In this document: one piece after another, positions 58,901 through 64,000 of the stretch
Layout: each line of letters opens with the position of its first letter
Numbering within the stretch: position 1 is the first letter of the stretch
Source: Prorocentrum cordatum
Lineage: Eukaryota
DNA: 64,000 nucleotides
Direction of reading: 5' to 3'
NCBI GenBank assembly: GCA_963575745.1
Contig: CAUYUJ010000114.1
Span: 62,001-126,000, forward strand
Program-made: the position numbers and the translations under genes
Notes under the pieces: model-generated
What the model was told of the DNA's origin: nothing
The model's database searches: none
The model's input: only the letters and a program-made list of their open reading frames with translations

Positions 58901-61900
58901 AATGGCCTGCCGGCAGTCTGTCAAGAACGCGCTTCCACAGGCGCCGCGCCCCAAGGACCCACTCGATTTCACGCGCACTTCTTCTGCTCCAGGTCGCGGC
59001 GAAGCCAGCTGGCCCAAGGCGGCTGTCCCGCCGCGGTCGCGCTCGTCGCGTCGCGCGCGCTCGTCATCGGTGGCGGCGCAGGTGTTCGCGATTGTGTCGC
59101 CGTCTCTTCTTGGCCGTCGTCGTTCGCGGCGGGGTCCTCCTGGTCTCGAGATCCCCGCTGTCGGTAGCGGTCGGATCGTGCCTCGCTCTCTCCAGCTGCT
59201 TGCACGCCGTCGTCGTCTGCCGCTGGGATCTCCACGTCACCGGGTGCTCCGTCTCCAGGAGGCGCGACAGCAGCTCCCTCCTCGGGCCCCAATCCTGCAG
59301 CGACAGGGCCATGGAGATCATCGGCGCCCATAACTTCGGGAGGTGGACGGGAACGATTATCGCGACAAGTTACTGCGCTACCACATTGAGAAAGCCTGCG
59401 AGCAAATTCGTTCATCCTCGTGAAATTACGAACAGGCTCGCGGGCAATTCGCTCATCCGGATGCTCTGGCCAGAGCTGCCCATGCGAACGACCGGCGACG
59501 GGCGCGCACTGCGCCGGCCGCAACGCACTGCCTTTGAGCTGACCGCCCAGAATCGAACTGGATCTTCAGTTGGTTGTAGAGCTCTCGGCACTCGATCTGA
59601 TGGGCGCCCCCCTTCGGCGCCCCCTCAGATGAACCCGCCGCCGCCGCGCGCGCTCGGGCGCAGTCGCCGAGCGCGATCTTGACCAGCGAATCCGCCAGCT
59701 TAGGCTCGCAGCGCATCGGGGGGAACTCGCTGCCAGAATAGCGCGACCAGGTACAGTCGCAAACCAGATCAAACTGCGCGGCGATCTCTCTCGACGTCGG
59801 GCGAAACCTGATCGCCGAATAAGAATGCCCAAAATTCATGCTCCTAGCGCAGGTTGCAACCTCAGCGCGGCAACAACCCAGCAACGTCGAAACACTGCCT
59901 CATCTTCCTCAGGAAGTGGCGATCGCTGGAGCTTGTCAGCATATCGCCCTCCATCATTGTTGATGCTGCGTTGGCCACCACATAGAGAGCGTCGGCATCG
60001 GCTTGGATGCGCATGACAGGAAGGCGAGCGAAGATAAGATGATCTGGTCTGCGCTGGTCCCGGGTGCTCCTCGACATTTCACGCAATGCCTCGCAGAGTA
60101 AAGCCCGATCTCAACAGAAAGCACCTCCACATCCACGCGCCGGCCGAAACTCGCGCGCACTTTGCCCGGGGCGCAGCGGCGCGCCGAACGACCCCATGCG
60201 CAGATGCGACCAGCGCTGTGCCCACGCAGGTTCCCGCCGGGGTAAAAAGCCACGAAATGGCGTCTTTCCAGGAAAACGCAAACACTTAAGCTTCTCGGGT
60301 ACTGCACAGAAATCACCGGAAATTCCACCACACGCGTCGCATGCAGCACACAATCTGGAACAAACTTGAATACTCGATGGCACTTCGCTAACTCGACGTG
60401 ATCCGCCACGCCTTCCTCGCGCAAGATCTGCAGCCACTTCTGCCAGCTAGCATCTCCCATGACGGGGAACGCACAGCCAACGTCCTCGATCGCAGTGCCA
60501 GCCTCGAAGAACATTGCCAACTCGACGCCGTCACTGGCCTTCCCCTCACTCGCGCCCTCAATCTCGACGTTCTGGGGCTGGCTGGCACCCTCCACTACCA
60601 TAAGAGAATCCTCAGCGTCGACACGACTCTGGAGCCATGCCGATATGGTTTGAAACGCGGCCCATGCCGCTGAGTAGCCCCACTTGCCGTCGACCCCGCT
60701 GCCAGCGCCCCCCCGGGCGAAAAGGCTGACCCCAAAGCAAACCGAGGCGCGGCGAGGCGCGACGCAGCAAAGCGCGGGGCTGGTCACGCTGCTGCCGCTG
60801 CTGCTCGCGGCGCCCCTTTGCCGCCCTTGCCTTTTTCCCGCCGCCTCGTCATTTGCCTTTGCCTTCGGAATTTCCACCATTGCGGCCTCCTTTGGCCATG
60901 GGTGCTCTCAGCGTCGCTCGCGTCGGTGCACTCGGCACGTCCGTCTCGGCAATGACGGCCATAAAAAGGATAGAAACCTCTGCCCTTCGACAAATCTCGC
61001 ATACGTCGTCTTGACTCGGTGCACACGGCGAGGGCCTCTTCGGTCATGTCGCAGTTGCCGGCGGGTCCTCCAGCAACCTCAATTTCGCGAGCGTCGTCGC
61101 CGAAGCCATAGTGTCGTCGCCCTCGTACCCCGCATAGTACTGTCCGTCTTCTCCGAATGCACTTCTTCTTCATCTACGCAATCACCTTCGTCACCCATGA
61201 AGAAGACTGTCTCCTCCTCGTACGTGTCCTATTCGTCCCAAGATGCTGTCCACTACACGACGCCCCTCGCATTCGTGCCCGTCGAATCCCATTTGTTCCG
61301 CTGCAGATGTCCGGCTTTCGCCGTCGGCTCGGGGCCGAAGATATCGCGTAGAGCGTTCCTGATGTTCCCGCAGGTGACAGCTCTTTCTTCCAGAGCGTCT
61401 TGATGTTAACGCGAGTCCACTGCGGCATTGCAGGTATTGCCAAGAGATGCCAGCCAAGCACTTGACTGGACGACTAGAAATCAACCTCGCTGAGCGCCTT
61501 GATATCAAATTGGTGTCGGACGAGGTGCTCTTGCATCGTCTCATTATTTTCTCGTAAAGCCTTGCAGCAGAAGTTGCTGAATCTCTCGGGCATATCCACA
61601 ATCTCCATGTCGAATTTGTAGTTGGCATCGAACAGTTCGCGGATAGCATTAAAAAGTAAGTCATATTCCCAGCGATCCAAGTCGACCATCTCGGCTAGAT
61701 CCCACTCCTCTCCTGCAGTCGTGAAACAGCAAGTAAGCTCCTTCCACCAGGCATACGGTGCCAAGAAGCACTGGCGTTGGAATGCCTCCACGCGTCTCCT
61801 GAAGTTCTCGGTCAAGCCTTCGATCTGCGGCGCCGTCTTGGACAGTGCACTGTCGAGGCCTCCCTCCTTGAGGTCCGGCGGCGGCCGCGGCGTCTCAACG

Positions 61901-62139
61901 TCCTCCCAAGAGACTTCGTGTGGATCAACCTCAGCGTCGTCGTCTCCACTCGGAATTCGAACTCCATCGGCTTCTCCATTCGCTGTAGTCGGACCTTCTC
62001 CTCGGCCTCCGAGCTGTCGTCGTCTTCCAGTCCCTTTGGTTCCTCCGCCTCTCGCAGGCGGCCCCATCTCGTCGCCGAGGGCGCAGTCCAGGAATACAGA
62101 TACAGCCCACCGAGGATTGGTAGGCTCCGCTACCAATAT

Positions 62140-62410
62140 CAATCAGAAACCTCCTAGTCCTCGACGTCCAGGCGGCCAGTGTCGTAAGGCAGGGTAAGGT
62201 ATATCAAGACTTATCAACCACTTTACAGCACAATGAAGATGAGTTTGGAACTGTCTGCTATGACTGAGGGCGCCCTAGTAAAAGATCAGAGCATCAAATG
62301 GCAGTGTGCATGCACGAACGTGTCTTAAGCACACACGCACACAACAAAAGATAAGTTCTTCAAGTGAGTTTCCATTGCTGAGACCGCATGCAATGTCAGG
62401 AGTCATACTG
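62140..62410 (-). repeat. 5' LTR candidate
   Basis: Diverged direct copy of 55720-55990, immediately upstream of the gag remnants. Confidence 0.75.
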
Positions 62411-63339
62411 GGGTCGTCTTGGGAAAAGCGTGGCGTCAAGTACAAGTGGTGTTCTGATGCTGGGGGCATTTTCAAAATCTAGCTCTCCTAAATCCCTCTC
62501 GAAGTCCTATTGGGGCGCTGGTGGCGTCTTCGTGTGGACATCCGAGCTCGTCTTGAATATTTCCTGAGCCTTTCTGGACCTCTCGTTGTCGATCTTCGGG
62601 CAGTAGCCTTAACCTGTCGGAAGCTGGAAGGCGGAGAGGCCAAAACCGTTGAATCACCTCAGGCTTCTCAAGCTTTTAAGCTCTTGAAGCCATCCTGGGA
62701 AGGCTCCATGGCTGCCTCGGGCCGCCTGGTGGCGGTCTGGATGTCTCTTGGATGCCTCGTGGAATCAAGTTTGGACCATCTTGGACCATAGCGTGCCATC
62801 TCGGCGGCTGCCTTGGAGACAGCCTTGCCGTGCCTTGCCTTGCCGAGGCCAAGACGGGGACCATTCACGCAGCTGCAGTGACCGAGGGATGGTTGGAGGA
62901 GCTGACCTGCTCCATCATGGGACCTTCCCATGGGTCTGGAGGGGGGGGAAGGCGGAGGTGTCAGAGGGTCCGTTGGGACCCAAGATTGCTCCAAGACAGC
63001 CCCGGCTACCCCAAGGATGGCCTCCAAGATGGCACGAGGTAACTCCAGTTGGACCAACATGGCGTCAAAACATGCCTCCAAGAGGCCACAAAATGCCTCC
63101 TCCCCAATAATCCCTCCAACAGGCCTGACTCTTTCAAACGCCTCACGATTTCTCATAAGTTGAGCTTCTCACCCTCTCGGGCACCCAGAGGCGACTGTGC
63201 AGCCTCCGAAGGGGGGCATTAATCGGAATCACAAAAAACTGGATATACCTATACGACCACCCTGCGGGTGATAAGGAGGTTGGGGGGGAGGGGGGCCAGC
63301 AATGTGCAACAGTGGTGATTGTTGCGTTGCCGCTCGCAC

Positions 63340-63720
63340 TGTCGATCTCACGCTGGATCTCGCTATCGATCCCACTAACGATCTCCCTATCGATATCACT
63401 CGATCTCACAATCGATATCACTATTCATCTCACTATCGATCTCACTATCGATCTCACGATCGATCTCACTATCGGTCCCACTATCGATCTCACTATCGAT
63501 CTCACAATCGATTTCGTCATCGGTCTCGCTATCGTTTTCGCACCAGCGGGATACCGGGACACCGGCAGGACACCGGCGGGACACCGGCGGGACACCGGCG
63601 GGACACAATGGGCCACCGCTTGCCGGAGGGAGAATCATTTACTCTGGCCGGGGCCCAGCCTCAAGCGGGACACCGGCGGGACACCGCGGGCCACCGCTTG
63701 CCGGAGAGAGAATCATTTGG
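63340..63720. repeat. 12-bp (ctatcgatctca)n array followed by 11-bp (ggacaccggcg)n array
   Basis: Direct read. Confidence 0.9.
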
Positions 63721-64000
63721 TCTGGCCGCGCCTCATCCACAGGAGACTTTCCTCTCGCCCGCCCACGCAGCTTCGCCTCGCCCGCACGCACGGCACGCAC
63801 GAACACGAAACCGAAACCGATTCCCGGTGGGGGGTTCTCCGTTCCACTTCGATCTCACCCCCCAACCTCCGACATAAACTTTCGGCGCTGGAGTCCGCTG
63901 CAAATCCAAGATCCAAGACATCCGCGCGGAACTCCGAACGTTTCTGTTCATACCGCTTTTCTTCTTCGACAGCAGGGGGGGACCTTGATTGACGAGGGCA

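Larger units (their letters stand above)
55720..62410 (-). mobile_element. Old decayed Ty1/Copia-like LTR retrotransposon
   Basis: Gag remnants at 61400-61900. Protease (IEDVGCAFPVMGDASW..FKF) at about 60300-60520. RT remnants (SSANVKSAVL, ARKPAFGDVRAPKEWW, TRVDDLIG) at 58080-58600. RNase H-like remnants at 57100-57450. Flanked by direct repeats. Confidence 0.75.

Overview
GC-rich, repeat-dense eukaryotic DNA that is very likely dinoflagellate. This is an inference from relict dinoflagellate spliced-leader motifs, GA/GC/GT-AG introns with repeated boundaries and a DNMT-carrying LTR retrotransposon. The window has two halves. (1) About 0.2-34.7 kb is a block of genes that all lie on the minus strand. 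It holds a permuted GIY-YIG-like nuclease, a frameshifted multi-exon hAT-like DDE transposase, a RanBP2-type zinc-finger gene, a CxxC gene and a DNMT5-like C5 cytosine methyltransferase. The methyltransferase is not visible as one ORF: I assembled it by hand from 4 in-phase exons spread over 17.3 kb (about 555 aa; the exon 2/3 junction is the least certain). Two other whole genes sit inside its introns. Four genes of the block are preceded by genomic spliced-leader-like 19-22-mers. The non-coding DNA of the block is saturated with 7-nt tandem micro-duplications that mostly spare exons and largely stop after about 35 kb. I interpret the block as a candidate giant cargo-carrying DNA transposon; its ends were not found. 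(2) About 35.5-64 kb contains a 33-bp minisatellite, a truncated Copia-like element with an internal DNMT-like domain (catalytic Cys replaced by Arg), microsatellite fields, a LINE RT fragment, a MITE, an intronless secreted Cys-rich gene and an old decayed Copia element with diverged LTRs. All assignments are by eye from motifs; no database search was run.
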